From: Iphione sp. A-MEVVRFRX5
Lineage: Eukaryota
DNA: 64,000 bases
Reading direction: 5' to 3'
Assembly: GCA_976226885.1 (NCBI GenBank)
Contig: OZ320313.1
Span: 160,456,001-160,520,000, forward strand
Shown: one piece after another, positions 62,412 to 64,000 of the stretch
Numbering within the stretch: the first letter of the stretch is position 1
Layout of the letters: the number at the start of each line of letters is the position of its first letter
Notes under the pieces: model-generated
What the model was told of the DNA's origin: nothing
The model's input: the letters and a program-made list of their open reading frames with translations, nothing else
The model's database searches: none
Made by a program: the position numbers and the translations under genes

Positions 62412-64000
62412 TTTGTAACATGCACACTCATTGGGTGCCTACATTTCAGGCATGCGTAGTGATGAGAACACATGGAGACCATTTCCGGCAGCCGTTTTAT
62501 AAGAGTAGTGTAAAAATATTGTAAATGGATGTATGTGCATACAGACATGTGTATTTTCGTCTATTTGTAGTTTACATGAGCATGTATGTGTCTATCATTG
62601 TGTATAATCTTAAATATCATTGATTACTTATCTTCGAGTCGGCCTCGCTTATCTCTACTTTTTTTCCAGTCGTTCCTTATCGGTGGCACCACGCTGCACT
62701 GCTCCCAGACAATGAATGATTAGAGGTGTAAATTAGAGTCGATCGACATGGGGACGAATGCCACCCCCAACTCCCCAATCTCCCATATGTTCCATGTCCC
62801 CCTCGCTGCTCCTGGTCTGAGCACGAACACTTCTGGTGCGGAGATAATTGTCATTATACTCCGACTGGAAAGAAACTGGGTAATGGAATGGAACATGGCA
62901 TCATCTCATCGCATCGATGGGAGTTTGCTGCGTTGTGCTCTGTGTGGTTTTTTTTCGTTTAATGTGTCTGATCTTTCAGGTTCTGGTGTTTTCATATACA
63001 GGGGAACATCAGGAATTGGAACACCAGAAGGATTGGGCCTTTCTGACCCCATTTCTTTTTATCCTTCTCAATTTCTGAGCACTTACAAATAAGAAAAAGA
63101 ACACAGATTGTTTCCTCCAAACCCGTCCACATTCATGGTCTGTCCTGATGGAGGCTCCACTGTATGAACAACAGTACAGTAGAAATCCACATTAAGGACA
63201 CGTCTCTAAGAGGGCCACCTTTGGGAACAACAGATTCTACTTGCCACGTATTGAAAGACTTCTCTAATAGGGGGACATGTCTCAAATGTGGACAGATTGA
63301 AAAAGAAAACAGAGCATGTCCAGATTTTAAGCTCTCCATTGTATGTAGTTTTGCATTATCGTATCACTGCTCCTGCTTATAATCAGGGATAGACATATTT
63401 CTGGGCATGTCGCTTGGAATTAACAAATTACTGTAATACCACAGGGTAAGTCGTCACGCCACTGCCACGATCTCGGGAATAAAGCCGTCAAATTTACTAT
63501 TCCATTTCCTAATTTTCTAATTTCCTGGCCAAACACGGTAATGCATATCGGCCGAACTTCGTGGTTGCATCTCCCCCTTAATGACCACCCCCCCCCCCCG
63601 TGGGGGCCGACGCTACTTTGGCGTCGTTAAACACGTTTCTGATGGTCGGAATTTGAGATTTACACATCCCAAAGTAGGTTTCGGAGGGCGGGGGGGGGCG
63701 GGATGAGGAGCGTTATTTTTTTTTTACATTAGGACATTATTTTGCATATCCTCACAACATAAGAAGAACCTTTTTTTTACAAGGCGCGCCTCGTTTTGAA
63801 ATCATCAGGAGGATGAGCAGTGCATAAGAAATAACCTTGTCGCCGGGTACCGGCCCTCTAGACTGTGCCAGACGCAGTTTTAATCAAAATTAGATTGCGG
63901 GGGAATTGTCGCCCACGGAGGTGGTGGATCCACAGTCGTTGAGGCTTTGGTGTTTGTGCGTGGTGGTGGTGGTGCTGCGGGGGGGGGGGGGCAGGGCTGA

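Noticed and set aside
1-64000. Hox or other homeobox locus suggested by Hox/Pbx/Cdx-like motifs
   Set aside because: No WFQNRR-type helix-3 coding sequence on either strand, and no miR-10, miR-196, miR-993 or iab-4 sequence found by eye. The motifs alone are too short to identify a locus.

Overview
This is eukaryotic, essentially non-coding draft-assembly DNA, not a prokaryotic locus. I found no protein-coding gene, rRNA, tRNA, CRISPR array, operon or intact transposon that I can support. The ORF track is consistent with chance ORFs, and many of the longer ones arise from N-gaps or low-complexity tracts. Directly visible are 7 short assembly gaps (140-210 N), many microsatellites and poly-G/C runs, several local tandem duplications, and a two-spacer higher-order minisatellite (25.0-25.4 kb). 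There is also a dispersed ~330-440 bp repeat (2 clear copies in CpG-depleted patches, 1 tentative) and a patchwork of CpG-rich islands. Four close matches to the CTCF core motif and an excess of TACATGTA point, by inference only, to a bilaterian animal (possibly a marine invertebrate), and to a large intron or gene desert with cis-regulatory elements. A plant-type AAACCCTAAACCCT motif in one repeat is a caveat on that assignment. A few peptide fragments weakly resemble decayed LINE ORF2 (low confidence). I do not see evidence for a new multi-gene system. The most worthwhile leads are the CTCF-site arrangement, the uncharacterised repeat families and a nested palindrome at 3.46-3.58 kb. All motif scans and counts were done by eye and may be incomplete.
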